Source of the DNA: Fonticula alba ATCC 38817
Taxonomy: Eukaryota; Protista; Nucleariida
Strand: one strand, 5' to 3'
Length of the DNA stretch: 54,946 nucleotides
Assembly: GCA_000388065.2 (NCBI GenBank)
Contig: KB932212.1
The position numbers and the translations under genes are program-made. The notes beneath the pieces were generated by a model. That model worked only from the letters and a program-made list of their open reading frames with translations, ran no database searches and was not told the DNA's origin. Positions within the stretch are counted from its first letter, which is position 1, and each line of letters starts with the position of its first letter. Below, piece after piece: positions 11,153 to 23,400 of the stretch.

Positions 11153-12418
11153 ATGCACTCCCCGCGGGCGCCTGTCGCCGCCTGGCCCGAGGCGCCGCGC
11201 TCCCCGATCAGCCTCACCTCCACCAATGCCCTGGTCCCCGGGTCGCCGCTGTTCAGTTCGACCCCCTCGGCGCTCGTCCCGACGCCCGGGCACCGCGGCT
11301 GCCTGCTGGTGGTGTCCATCTGTTCGCCGGCCGCCAGCGGGACATCCACCCCGGAGAAGGACGCCGATGGCTACTTTGATGATGCCTTTGCCGGGCGGCC
11401 ATCCTGCCTCTTCCGCTACACCCTGACTCAGGAGGATGTAGACCGGGCGACCGGGGCCCTCCCCGTCGCGGCGGAGGCGGCGGCGGCGGCGGCGGCGCCC
11501 CCCATGCCCGGGCTGGCGGCCGGCCCCGGGCTCCTGCCCCCGGCACCCGGGGGGACATCCCACGGCCCGTCGGACATCGTCCTGGAGGCCGAGCGCCTGC
11601 ACCTGGTCCACCGGGTCCCCTTCGATCGGGCAGCCTTCGAGCAGGCGGTCCAGCAGAAGCTCAACCTCATTTCGGCCCACTACGACTCCATCCAGAACAT
11701 CTTCTCCTCCAGCTCCCTCTTCGACGAGTGGGAGTCCTCCGAGGGCAAGCTCGCTCCCGGGGATGTGGTCATCGAGATGGAGGAGGATTTCCTCGAGCAG
11801 GACTCCGACAGCGAGGGCCCTCCCCCGGCGCCGCGCGGTGCGTCGCATGCCCCCCCCCCCCCCCCTGCCTCTTCCTGCCCTGCCCTCTTCTTCGCCTCAC
11901 ACGCGCCGCCCCTTGTGACCGTCCCCGCCGCGGGTCCCAGTGACCACCCTTCGCGGGGTGACCGCGCGCCTGGCCGGCGAGGAGGCCCTCCGGCGGTACA
12001 TCGATCTGCTGGACGTGGAAAACGAAAAACGCCGGTCCAGCATCGCCGCCTTCCTCGGCAAGCTGCCCTTCATGCTTGGGTCCTTCACAATGAGCTACAT
12101 CCTGTCACGTAGTGCGTCCCCCCCCCTCCCCCCTGCGCCACGCGCGCGCGCGCGCGCGCGCGCGTGCACCGACACCAACACGCCCCCATTGCGCGCCTGC
12201 CGCATCGCATGCACACGGCCACCAACCTCCCACACCGTTCCTCCCCCCCTCGCCGGGCTGGCGCCAAAGTTGTCAACAAGCTCATCGACCACGCGATCCT
12301 CTTCGCCCGGTCCCCCCAGGCGGCGGAGCTCCTGCAGCAGGGCGTCCTCGTTGCCACGCGTCTGTCGGAGTCCCTGATGCGCAGCCTCTCCAGCGTCCGA
12401 CTGCTTGGTGCCTCATAG
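11153..12418 (+). CDS. Hypothetical protein, ~334 aa, acidic middle and hydrophobic/amphipathic C-terminal helices
   Basis: Exons 11153-11837, 11941-12111, 12270-12418 (TAG) total 1005 nt = 335 codons; donors GTGCGT, acceptors CAG and AAG. Non-repetitive, protein-like sequence (IVLEAERLHLVHRVPFDRAAFEQAVQQKLNLISAHYDSIQNIF; YIDLLDVENEKRRSSIAAFLGKLPFMLGSFTMSYILSR). No family recognised; start codon uncertain. Confidence 0.7.
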
Positions 12419-12735
12419 CAGCCTGCCCACTCCTGTCCTTCCTCCCTCCTTGTAGACATCCTGCGCGCCCTCCCCCCTCCCCGCAGCCCGGAGGCCCGAC
12501 CAGAGCATGCCATCAGTTCCCTTGCGAGTCGCGCGCCTCCCCCCCCCCTTCTCTTGACAAATACACGTGCAGTGACCATTCCCGGACCACCCTTCCCCAG
12601 CCAGGCACACCGAGGCCCGTGCCCCGCGCCCACGGACCACGCCCGGGGACCGGATCTGCGGCCCACAGCCACGACTGATCGGTGGGAAGAGGGGGAGTAC
12701 ATTCGGCCGCGGGGTGCACCGCTCCCCTCGCCCAA

Positions 12736-15700
12736 TCAAAAGTCATCCTCCTCCGACATGTCATCTACCAGGAGGTCGTCACGGCGCAGGTCCTCGGCCC
12801 GGCGCTTTTCCTCGGCCGTCAGGCCGACGGTTCCAAAGTGCGAGGAGGCGATGCTGGCAAAGGTCCCGGCATACCCGGGCGAGCTGGCGCCCCCCTCGGC
12901 CGCCAGAGAAACAAAGGTATCCTCATGGGGGTCCTCCTGCACGGCCAGCGACTCGACATCGGTGAGGGTGCCCGACCCCCGGGGGTCCGGCGACGCGTCG
13001 CGCCGGCGCCACGATGCCCGGCCGCCGGTGCTGCCGCCGCGCGACCCGCCAAGGGTGGCTGTGAAGTTCGACGTGAAGCTGGACCAGTTGGAGTCCAATG
13101 TGCCGCCGCGCGACTGCCCGCCCGACGGGGAGAAGTCCACATCCAGTGCGGAGTCCAGCTCCTGCGAGTCGTCCACCTCCAGGTGGATGATCATCCCCCC
13201 CTCGGTGCCCGGGGCCGAGGCCGGCGTCGAGATGGCCGGCTGCGCCGCGCCCACCGGGGTCCTCGGGCCGCCGGGCGAGACCGGCCCCCGCGAGCCGGCC
13301 GTCGGGCTGCTCGGGCCCGCAGCGCCCCCCGGCACGTGGTAGGTGACTCCCAGCCGGTCCGGGGACGAGAGGCTGGCCCCGGCCCCGGGCCCCGGCGAAA
13401 GGGCCGCCGTTCCGCCGGCCATGCCAGATGCCCCGGCCGGCGAGCCGACCAGCGTGCCGGATGCCGATGGAGCGGCCGCCTGGTCGGCCGCCGGGATGCG
13501 CAGGTGGCCCGGGGGCCGCGGGCTCGACATGGCGGCCCCCTCGGCGGCCCGTGGCCAGGCATACGGCGTGTACGGGGACCCCGGCGCCGCGGGGGCCAGC
13601 TCCAGTGGCAGCCACCCGTCCCACCGGCCAGCCTGCTGGTCGGCCAGGGCCGCCGGGATGTCGATGATCACATCGGCCAAATTCCGATGGCGCATCTTAT
13701 TCGCATGGCAGAGGATCACCTGCAGCACGCTGACCGGGGTGCCTTTCGAGGGGGGAATCAAGCGCAAGGGCTCGTGGAAGTATGGCGCGTAGGAGCCCTT
13801 CTTGACGGTGGTCTTTTGCTGCCAGGCGCGCACAGCCGGGGGGGGGGGGGGACACCGGGCACAAGTCAGCAAGCCAGCCAGGCGGCCGCCCAGCCCAGGC
13901 GGTCCAAGGCGCAACCATCCGCCGGCTCTCCGGGCGGGCGGGGGGGAGGGGCAGGGTGGAGTGCGCACCTTCGTGCGCTTTTTGTCATCCGGCACGGCGT
14001 AAATCTTAACATAAAAATCAAGCGGCGAGTCGGCCTCGATGGACTCGGGATTGGTCACGCGCGCCTCCTCAATCAGAACGACCGGAGTGCTGGCGGCGTG
14101 TCGACGCAGAGGCCAAGAGGGCCGGCCCGCCATCGCATGCCGCCACACGTGCACGCCCCGCCCAAAGGGACGGACGCGCGGCCAAAGTACACCTGGTCAG
14201 TGGGCGACCACAGGGGGCGGGGCCGGGGAAGCAGCAGGGGAAAAGAAGAAAGACCCCCCCCCCCGCCAAAGACCCGGCAGCCACGGGAGCACGCACCCGG
14301 TGTCCATCCCCTCAAAGCGCAGCTTGGCATAGGCAATCGGGCCGGCCCGTTGGGGGGCCACGGCGGCCGGCCGCCGCCGGGTCCCCAGCAGCGACAGCCC
14401 GGGCAGCGAGCCGACCGACAGCGAGGACCCGGACGAGGAGGGCAGCGAGGCAGGCTGGCCGGCCAGCGTGTCGCCATGCGCCCCGAGGGTCCCGGCACGA
14501 CGCTCTTCCGATCTAGCGAGCCGACCGACAGCGAGGACCCGGACGAGGAGGGCAGCGAGGCAGGCTGGCCGGCCAGCGTGTCGCCATGCGCCCCGAGGGT
14601 CCCGGTCAGGCCCGGCGGCTGGGAAATCGGCACCGCCGCCGGGGCCGGGTCCATGACAATCCACCGCGGCTCGACCAGGTCGTGCGGCTTGCTGGTGGAC
14701 TTGGGCGGCTTCTTGGGCAGCAGCGCGTGAATCGGGTACAGGCAATGGCCGACCACCTGCGAGGCATTGTCCGAGCCGTCCGATTGGAAGTGCACTGTGC
14801 CCGATGTGGCGGCGCCCGCGGGCGCCCCCGGCGTCCGTGCGTCAGTACAGGCGAGCAAAGGCGAAAGTGCCGGGCTTTGCCCGCCCCCGCCGGATCCCAA
14901 NNNNNNNNNNNNNNNNNNNNNNNNNNNNNNNNNNNNNNNNNNNNNNNNNAAGTGCACTGTGCCCGATGTGGCGGCGCCCGCGGGCGCCCCCGGCGTCCGT
15001 GCGTCAGTACAGGCGAGCAAAGGCGAAAGTGCCGGGCTTTGCCCGCCCCCGCCGGATCCCAAGATCCAAGTCCACGCACAGGCAATGAAGACCGTGGTCT
15101 CGAGGTTGGTCGGCAGGAGGGTGGCCCGGTCGTCGGGCGAGGCCCCCGGCGGGCACAGCGCATCCAGCCGCCAGATGAAGGTTTCATCGAACTGGACATC
15201 AATCTTGCCGGTGATGTTGCCGCCGGAGCTCCGGTGCGGCAGCGGCGGCGATGTCTTGCTCCGGTGGACCGACGGCTTGGAGGTGTGATCCAGGAACGAG
15301 GGGTCCGGCAGCAGGGTCAAGTGGAAGGAGTACAGGGGGAACGGCGCGTCCGGGGCCAGCTGCGGCAGGCGGCTGGCCATGTGCACCGAGAGCTGCGTCC
15401 CGGGGCCGGGGCCGGGGCCGGGGCCGGGGCCGGGGGGGGGGGGGGGGGGGGGCGTGTGAGCGAGCGCACGACGGGGCCAGGGCCGGAGCGAGGCCCAGGA
15501 GGGAGGAGAGAAGGGAGGGAGGGGCGGGAGCGCGGCGAAAGGCCCAGGGCCCCGGGGCCACGCACCGCCAGCACACTATCGGCGTAGGTCACCGACACCA
15601 GGACCGACGGCTGCCGCGGCGGCCGGGGAAGGCGCCGAGACAGGGCATAGTCCGCTGCGATCTTGGCCCAGTCGACCTGCGGCTCGGTCGGCTGGTTGTC

Positions 15701-15769
15701 ATTGATGAGCCGCTGCTGCTCATCATCCGTGGCCGATGGCCCGCAGAGCCCGCTCCAGCAGGCCCCCAT
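12736..15769 (-). CDS. Tandem C2-domain (synaptotagmin-like) protein with predicted N-terminal myristoylation/palmitoylation, ~743 aa after removing assembly artefacts
   Basis: Exons 15769-15566, 15392-14297 (minus 110 nt adapter+duplicate and 162 nt gap+duplicate), 14089-13969, 13818-12736 total 2232 nt = 744 codons. C2A-like SVLVSVTYADSVLALSVHMASRL...VQFDETFIWRL; C2B-like GPIAYAKLRFEGMDTGTPVVLIEEAR...LDFYVKIY...KKRTKQKTTVKKGSYAPYFHEPL...WDGWLPLE. Confidence 0.8.
14496..14514 (+). other. Illumina sequencing-adapter remnant CACGACGCTCTTCCGATCT (assembly contamination)
   Basis: Exact match to the 3' end of the Illumina Read-1 primer/TruSeq universal adapter (…CTACACGACGCTCTTCCGATCT), lying between two identical 91-bp copies (14405-14495 and 14515-14605). 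Confidence 0.95.
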
Positions 15770-17319
15770 AACCGATACACGGGAGGCGGGAGGCGTGTAC
15801 GCGTGCGCGCGCGCGCGCGGGAGGGCGGAGGGCCGGGAGCGAGAGGAGGAGGGGGGAGGGGAGTAGACCGGGGGCGAGGCAAGTAGCGAGGGAGAGGGCG
15901 GCGAGGGGCAGCGCGGGGCGAAAGCGGGGAAGGAGGAGGCAAGGGGGAAGGTGTGCCGGCATGCAGCCGGTCGTCATCTGCCGAGGGGGGGTCTCTTGTG
16001 ACGGGGATCTCCCCCCCCCNNNNNNNNNNNNNNNNNNNNNNNNNNNNNNNNNNNNNNNNNNNNNNNNNNNNNNNNNNNNNNNNNNNNNNNNNNNNNNNNN
16101 NNNNNNNNNNNNNNNNNNNNNNNNNNNNNNNNNNNNNNNNNNNNNNNNNNNNNNNNNNNNNNNNNNNNNNNNNNNNNNNNNNNNNNNNNNNNNNNNNNNN
16201 NNNNNNNNNNNNNNNNNNNNNNNNNNNNNNNNNNNNNNNNNNNNNNNNNNNNNNNNNNNNNNNNNNNNNNNNNNNNNNNNNNNNNNNNNNNNNNNNNNNN
16301 NNNNNNNNNNNNNNNNNNNNNNNNNNNNNNNNNNNNNNNNNNNNNNNNNNNNNNNNNNNNNNNNNNNNNNNNNNNNNNNNNNNNNNNNNNNNNNNNNNNN
16401 NNNNNNNNNNNNNNNNNNNNNNNNNNNNNNNNNNNNNNNNNNNNNNNNNNNNNNNNNNNNNNNNNNNNNNNNNNNNNNNNNNNNNNNNNNNNNNNCCACT
16501 TCTCCTGCCGTCTGCTGATCCCCCCCCCCGGCCGGCGCAGGTTCGCTTTGCCCCCACCCGGTGGCAGCCACAGGAGGGCGGGGGCCGGAGCACCAACGCA
16601 CCTCTCCCGGCCCGCCTTCCGCCGCAGCCACCTGCCCAAGCCCAGATCTGACCCTCACCGCGGAGGGCGGCCGGCGGACGGACGAGAAGCGGCCAAGGCC
16701 GGACCGCGCAGCCCCCCCCCCCCGCGGCCTGGAGGGCTGGCGCGCGCCCCGCACAAACTGGGCGAATGCCCGGACCGAAAGAGCCCAGCCGGCGCACACA
16801 GCGAGGGGGATTCCCACGATGTGCCCCAGTGTACCAGCACGTCTCCAGGACTTTGACGCTGGCGCCGACGCCGCCGGGCAAGGCGCCGGGACGTGTGCGC
16901 CCGCGCAGCATGCCGGCCCCACTGCCCTTGCGGGAAAGGTCCGCCCCCCCCCCCCCCCCCGTCTGCCCCCCGAAGCGAAGAAGGGACGCACCCCCGGCGA
17001 GCGTGCTCGTCGATGGCTGCATGAAAGTGCGCTCCCCGGGGATGATCACCCGGAGGGCCGGCAGTCACGCGCCGCCCGCGCCCAGCCGACTGCCAACGCC
17101 ACGGCCTCCGGCCGATCGTCGGTAGCCGAGCCGCGGGCGGGGGCGGGGCTCAATGCTGGCGCGATCGTGGGCGCGCGCGTGTGTGTGGGCCGTTTTTCGG
17201 TCGCTACCCGGTGGCCCAGATCGCCACCTCGCCCCATCTGCCTCCCCCCCCCCCGAACCTCCTCCCTCGCCTCCTTTCTCTTTCCTTCTCGCCCCGCCCA
17301 CCCCTCGCCGCGGGACAAC

Positions 17320-18819
17320 ATGAGCGCTTGGCGCCCGCACCCCAGCTCCGATGTCGACGCTTCGGCGTCCGGCTCGGTGGCCGCCTCCTTCGCCGACGCG
17401 GTCATCACCGATCACCAGAGCTTCCAAACCCGGTCATCGGTCACCCGGCTCATGAACGACCTCACACGTGCGCCTCACCACACTGCTCATGCCGACGGGG
17501 CCGGCGCCGCCCCGTAGCCTCCCCGCCCCCCCGCAGAGACACATGCACACATGCACACACACACACACACACACTGACACCGACCCAGAGCAATTTGGCC
17601 TGACCACCTCCTTCGAGGAGAACACCGACATCCTGATGTCCTCACTGAACCGACTCCGATCGCTGATGCAGCAAGAATCGGCCGAGACCGGCAGCATCAA
17701 CCCCGAGCAGCTGACCTCCCTGTACCAGATCTGCGAGGCCCTGAAGGACATGTCCTCCCTCAGTTTGCAGCAGTCGAGCCAGGTGTCCCAGCGCGAGGAC
17801 GTCTTCCGGGATGGGACCCTGGAGGCCGAGCTCGGCCGGCTCTTCGGCCGGCCGGTCCCCGGCCATGAGACCCCTGCTCCGGGGCTCTTCTCCTTCGAGG
17901 CCCTCTTCGACGCCACCTCGCACTTCGACCTGGCGGCTCCGCGCCTGGCCTTCCAGTGCGTTCCCGGCTCGGCCTTGCCCCCCCCCCCCCCCTCCCATGG
18001 CCTGGCCATCTGGCGCCATCTCGCCCGCCGCCCGTTCCCTACGCCATCTCATCCATCCTCCGCCCCCCCCCCCCCCCCGCCCCGTTTCCACCTCTCGTCT
18101 GGCCCAGTCTTCCGCTCATGGGCACGGCGCCCCCCCCGCGACGGCGCCCCCGGCAGCAGGCGCTTGCCCCCACCGCGCCGGCCGTCCTGCAGGTGGTCCA
18201 GTCCACCAGTGACGCGGCCGGCTCGGCTGCCGGCCCGGGGGACAACTTCACCGTGGTGCACATTTCCAACCTCTATGCGGTGGTGGCCGGCCGGCCACCG
18301 GGGCAGGCCATTCCCCTCTTCCGCTTGATAGTCAATCCCACCGACTTCGCCGAGACCATCGAAAACATGTTCTACCTGTCCTTCCTGGCCAAGAACGCCT
18401 TTGTCCGGGTCTTCCTCCACCCCGAGGACCGCTTGCCGCTGGTCGAGCGGGCACCCACCCCGCTGGAGAGCGCCACCGCCGGCGGCCTGGCCGCCGCCAG
18501 CAGCCCCGACCCCGACCTCAAACCCGACCTCCGGGCTGTTGAGCCCAACCAATTCATCTTCCAGCTCAGCCACAATGATTTCGAGGTACGCGCACCGGCG
18601 GTCGCCAACTTGCCGCTTTTCGTGCCCCACCGCTGCCCCTGCATCGTGGCTGCCCGCGGGCCTGTCCCCCGCGCCCCTGTCTGACACTTTCCCCCCCTTC
18701 TTCAGATCCTCAGCAAGCTGTATGCCGGGTCGCCGCCGATGGTGGTCCGACAAAACACCTTTGTCAACAGCGTGGCCTCGGACTTCGGCATGCGAAACAT
18801 CTTCAATGAATACAACTGA
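17320..18819 (+). CDS. NSE4: Nse4 / NSMCE4 kleisin subunit of the SMC5/6 complex, ~368 aa
   Basis: Exons 17320-17467, 17589-17955, 18108-18585, 18706-18819 total 1107 nt = 369 codons. Nse4 C-terminal motif IPLFRLIVNPTDFAETIENMFYLSFLAKNAFVRV (family consensus LF.FV.NP.SF.QTVENLFY.SFLI.DG.V.I) and QFIFQLSHNDFE. Confidence 0.85.
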
Positions 18820-20004
18820 AAGCCCACTGCCTTGCCCCCCGGCCTGTCCCTCCCCCCCTTGCTGTCGCATCTCTCCCGCGCTCCTCGCACCACGTTGCCA
18901 CCCCGTGTGTGCGTGTGCGTGCACACGCGCACGCGCACGCGCGCACGCACGCATACATACACACCTGGCCGCCTGCGGCGCCGGTGTTCGCCCTCCCCCC
19001 CTCCCCTGGTGGCAATGCAAGGAGCAGAAAGACATGGTATTCTATTGGTGCAAATGATACATCCTGCGGCGGGCGCGCCCAGCCGGCTGGACGCACATGT
19101 GCCCGTGCCCCCGAGCGAGGCACGCAGCACACGCGCCCACCGTCTGGGCCTGCCCCAGCACACAGAGGAAGTGCCCCGGTAGGGCACAAACACACACACA
19201 CATGGGGGATCGCTCTCCAGCCCCGGCGCCCCCCTCTACCCATCGCGGGCAGCGGCCGAGGCGTTCCCCGATCACCTCCACCCGCCGGCTTTCTCCCTCT
19301 CGCAGAGAGGCGCGCGCGCGACGTGCACAGGCGCACATACACCCACATGCAGGTGCACATGCGCGCGCGCATGTGCAGCCGACGAGAATGGCTCTTCCTT
19401 CGTCCAAGATGATCTTCCCCGGGGGAGGGCGCGCGCATGTCGCACACACGTACGCATGCATACACACGGTCACACCGGGCCGCCTGGCGGCCCGCCCCTG
19501 GGAAGTCATGCCACGCGCACATCCGAGCAGGCGCTCACAGGAGAGGTACGGGGGGAGAGGGGGGCGGGGGAAGGGGACGCGAGGGCGCCGGCTGACGCTG
19601 CACACGCCTCCCCGCCTCCCATATCCGCCTTCCCAGCCTTGCACCCATCCACATCGCACTTTACCCCTTCTCGCATGTGCGAGGACCGGCTGTCCCCCAC
19701 CACCTGCGAGGCGGAGAGAAGGGTCCGGCGCTCCCGTGCGCGCGTCTCTCGCCCTTTGGAGCGCGGGCGACACACCGAGGGGATCGCATGGCCGAGAGAG
19801 TGAGGGCGAGGGTGGACATGCCTCAAGGCAGGGGGAAGGCCACCAGGAGCCGAGCGCCGGCGCGTCATGCTCCCGAAGCGGCGGCCGTGGGGGGCACACA
19901 CACACACACATACACACAGGCGACCCACACCAAAGGGGCTGACCGCCACACCAAAGGGGCTGACCGCCACACCCCCTGTGCGCGCGCGAGCGCGTGCGCT
20001 CCAC

Positions 20005-20457
20005 CTAGTTGTTGTTGCTGCTGCTGGTGTTGAAGAGCTTGCCCATGAGCCGGCCGACGCCGCGCTTCTTCGGGGTCCCGGGCCCGGCCGAGTCATTCAG
20101 GCGACCGAGTGACGGCGAGCCAGACACCGACGAGCGCGACACGCCATCGGCGCTGGCGTGGGCGGTCGACTCGGCGGTGGCGCCGCCTGCCTGCCCGGTC
20201 AGCATGGCCTCCTGCGCGGCGCGTGCCTGCGCCTCGTTGGCCATGGCCTGCTGCTCCATCTCTCGCTGGCGGCGCTGGCGGTCCTGCTCTTCGGCCAGCT
20301 CCTGGCGCTGGCGCTCGGCCTCCGCGGCGCGGAGCTGCTCCTCCAGCATGTGCCGCATGTCCTCGACCTTGAGCCGGAGCTCCTCGATGTGGGTGTCATT
20401 GCGGCGGAGCTCCTTCTCGAGCCGGCGCTTGCGCTGCGCACACACATCACCATGCAC

Positions 20458-20498
<41 letters not shown>

Positions 20499-23400
20499 AT
20501 ACGAACGTGCGCGTTGGGCATTGCGCGCCATAGGCATCCGCAGAAAGGCCGTCATACGGGCGGTCAGTCGCATGGCCAGCGAAAAAAACGCCGCTCCCTC
20601 TTTCCTGTAGAGAAATGCATGCATGCCCCGAGACAACGCCACCAGCACACGCATGCACACAGACACGCCAAAGGCGCACCTTCTCCATGCGCCGAATGGA
20701 GTCGTTGAACTCCGCCTCCAGGCTCTCCTGGACCTTGGTGCTCATCTCCTCCAGACACTCCTTGGCCGCCTCGTCGAGGTTGGCATGCATACTGCGCGCG
20801 CGCGCCGCCGCCGCCGGGAAAAAAAGGCGACCGCAGCCCGTCACATGCATTTGCCGTCCCCGGCCACCGCCCACTCGAGAGGGTCAGAAAAAGGGCGAGT
20901 CCGCAAGAAAGAACAACAACAAAAAAAACACCCGCAACCTGTGGCACATTGCCCCGCTCGCCGCCCCCCCCCCCCCCCTTCGACCAGGGGCACGTACCCG
21001 GTGATGCCAAATTCGTTGAGAATGCGCGACCGACGCTCCTCCCACCAAACCGGCTTGCCCGTCGACTCGGAAACATTGGCGTGCAGCAGCAGCGGGATGG
21101 TGTGGGCCACCAGCAAGCGGCGGAGCCGGGGCAGGTCATTGGCCGACTCGTCCTCGACTGTACCCAAGCGTGCGTGCGTGCGTGCGTGCGTGCGTGCATG
21201 GCCCCAAGAGGCGGGTCAGGGGGGCGGGGGGGAGGAGTGCGAGGGAAACCGCGCACGGCCGGAGGTCAGCACAGCTCCTCAGCATCAGAGGCATTTCCCG
21301 GAAGCACAGGCGCATGGCACACATGCCCGCCCGCTCGCGTGCAGGGCACGCGGACCCACGCGCCGAAGCATCTTCACGCACCGAAGGCATAGCCCCAGGA
21401 GTAGGCGCGCGCGCGCTCCTCGCGACCCTCCGGGCCGTGGCGGTCATCGCTGGCAAAGACCGCCAGCGGCATCTTGGCCTGGAGAGAGGACCATGCGCCC
21501 GAAGGACATCCATTCGCAGGCACCCCACCATGGAGGCCACGCCCACGCCGCCACAAGGACGCACGAGCCCGTCGGCATCGAGTCAGTGTATGCCCCACAC
21601 CTTGGCACAAAGCGACAGAGGCGTGCCCCGCCCCCCCCCCTCGTGCCACAAAACCCCCAGGGCACACGATGCCGCGGGCACACGCACGGCGATGTCCATG
21701 GCGTCCTGCCGGGCCAGCAGGTCCTCCTCGTGGTTGAGGGCGTTGGCCACATTATCCACATCCAGGCGCCACACATCCAAGCCCTTCTCCTCGAATTGCT
21801 TGTAGAACTGGCGCGGCATGCGCGTGCGTGTGCGCGGGGTATGGCACTGTCAGCTACAGGGCGCGCTCCCCCTCCCCGCCAGGGTGGGCGGCCGGGCACA
21901 GCATGAGACCCCGGCCCGGACCCGCCGCCACAGCCGCCAGGGCGCACCATCTCCCGGCAGCGGTCGCGCTCGTTGACCGTCAGGGTGTCGGATTTCGACA
22001 GCAGCGGCAAGACGTGGGTGTACTCCAGCAGGGCGCGGATGTGCTGCTCGTCTACGGGGCGCAGGCTGCGGCGTGCCGCGGGCGAGGCGCATGCACAGCA
22101 CCGGACCCCGGCGCCATCCCCCCCCCGAGGCGGCGGTCGCCGCGACAGTGTGTGCGTGTGTGGGCGTGGGTGTACACGTCCGTCAGACAGGATTCTCAGC
22201 GAGGGGCCAGGGGTCGTGCGCGCACACGCCCGCGCGCTTGCCTCCCCCCGCCCTCCGGCATCCCACCGCAGGACAACGCGCACGCTGGCCGAGGCAACGG
22301 GTGCTGGCCTCGCACGGCGGCCAAAAAAAAAAGGACAAGCGCCCCCCCCTCCCCGCGTGGCCGCCACAGCCTAGAACGTCACACGCACCCGTTCGATGTG
22401 GCCGGCAGCATGTACAGACACAGGTCGATGATGACGTTGGACCCGGTGGTGTCCTCCATGTCCACCCGCTCAAAGCCATTCCGGCGGCTGGTGACGTCTT
22501 CCCACACTGCACGAATCATGCGGCGCTTGGACTCGGCCACGGCCAGGCTCTGGCGGACCACGGTCTCCGGCTCGGCGCCGCCGATGAACCCCGGGGTGTC
22601 GACGATGCGCAGCAGCAGCCGGTCGTCGCCCTCCGAGAAGAAGGCCGTGTGCGTGTAGACCTCCGTGTCGCCGGCATTGGCGCCGTTCTGGGTCTGCGAG
22701 GGGCGGTTGTGCAGCAGCGTGCGCGCCAGCGTCGACTTCCCGAGGCCGGACTCGCCTGACCGAGCCATATTCACACCGGCCCCAGGCGGTCCCCCATGTG
22801 TCAGTATATGCCATCGGAGGCCACCACCAAATCGCCGGCGCACACGCATGCATGTTGGCCGTGTCTACGCGCGCCGGTGCACCCGCGCACACAAGCACCC
22901 CCCCCCCCCCCCCNNNNNNNNNNNNNNNNNNNNNNNNNNNNNNNNNNNNNNNNNNNNNNNNNNNNNNNNNNNNNNNNNNNNNNNNNNNNNNNNNNNNNNN
23001 NNCCAGCAATCATGATGTTCAGGGCGAAGCCCTCCTTCCGGGCCACCCGCTGGACCTGCTCCGGGTACGAGGAGAACCCCACCAGCTCGGCCTGGACCTC
23101 GTGCTTGGTGTCCGACCGCGGGCTCGGGCTCCGCCGGCGCTTGTTGGTCTCGCGGGCCAGCCGCTCGCGAATGAAGGTGGCCAGGAAGCCCGGCGCCAGG
23201 GGGCCCTTCGGGTGGGGCTCCGGCTCGTCGGCGTTCTCGGCATCAGCCGCGTCGGTCATGGTGTCGCAGCAGCCCGGCGTGGCGGGCACCGACTCGGCCT
23301 CGGCCCCGGGCCCGGCCCCGGCCGGCTGGGCGTCCGCCCCCGGCACACGGCCCCCAGCCACCAGCGGCTCCTCCTCGGGCTCGGCATTGTTGTCCGAGTC

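Noticed and set aside
9767-11848. 693-aa minus-strand ORF and other long Gly/Arg/Pro-rich ORFs (e.g. 12682-14730, 32238-34694, 44451-46259, 51934-53109)
   Set aside because: Antisense or alternative-frame shadows in very GC-rich DNA; low-complexity translations with no motifs.
14150-14192. Possible extra exon VYFGRASVPLG, which looks like a C2 beta-strand
   Set aside because: Phase is incompatible with the upstream donor (phase 2) and the frame hits a stop; the direct 14297-to-14089 join gives a better synaptotagmin alignment.
14405-14605. Frameshift/pseudogenisation or target-site duplication in the C2 gene
   Set aside because: Fully explained by the Illumina adapter chimera; the frame is restored on removal.
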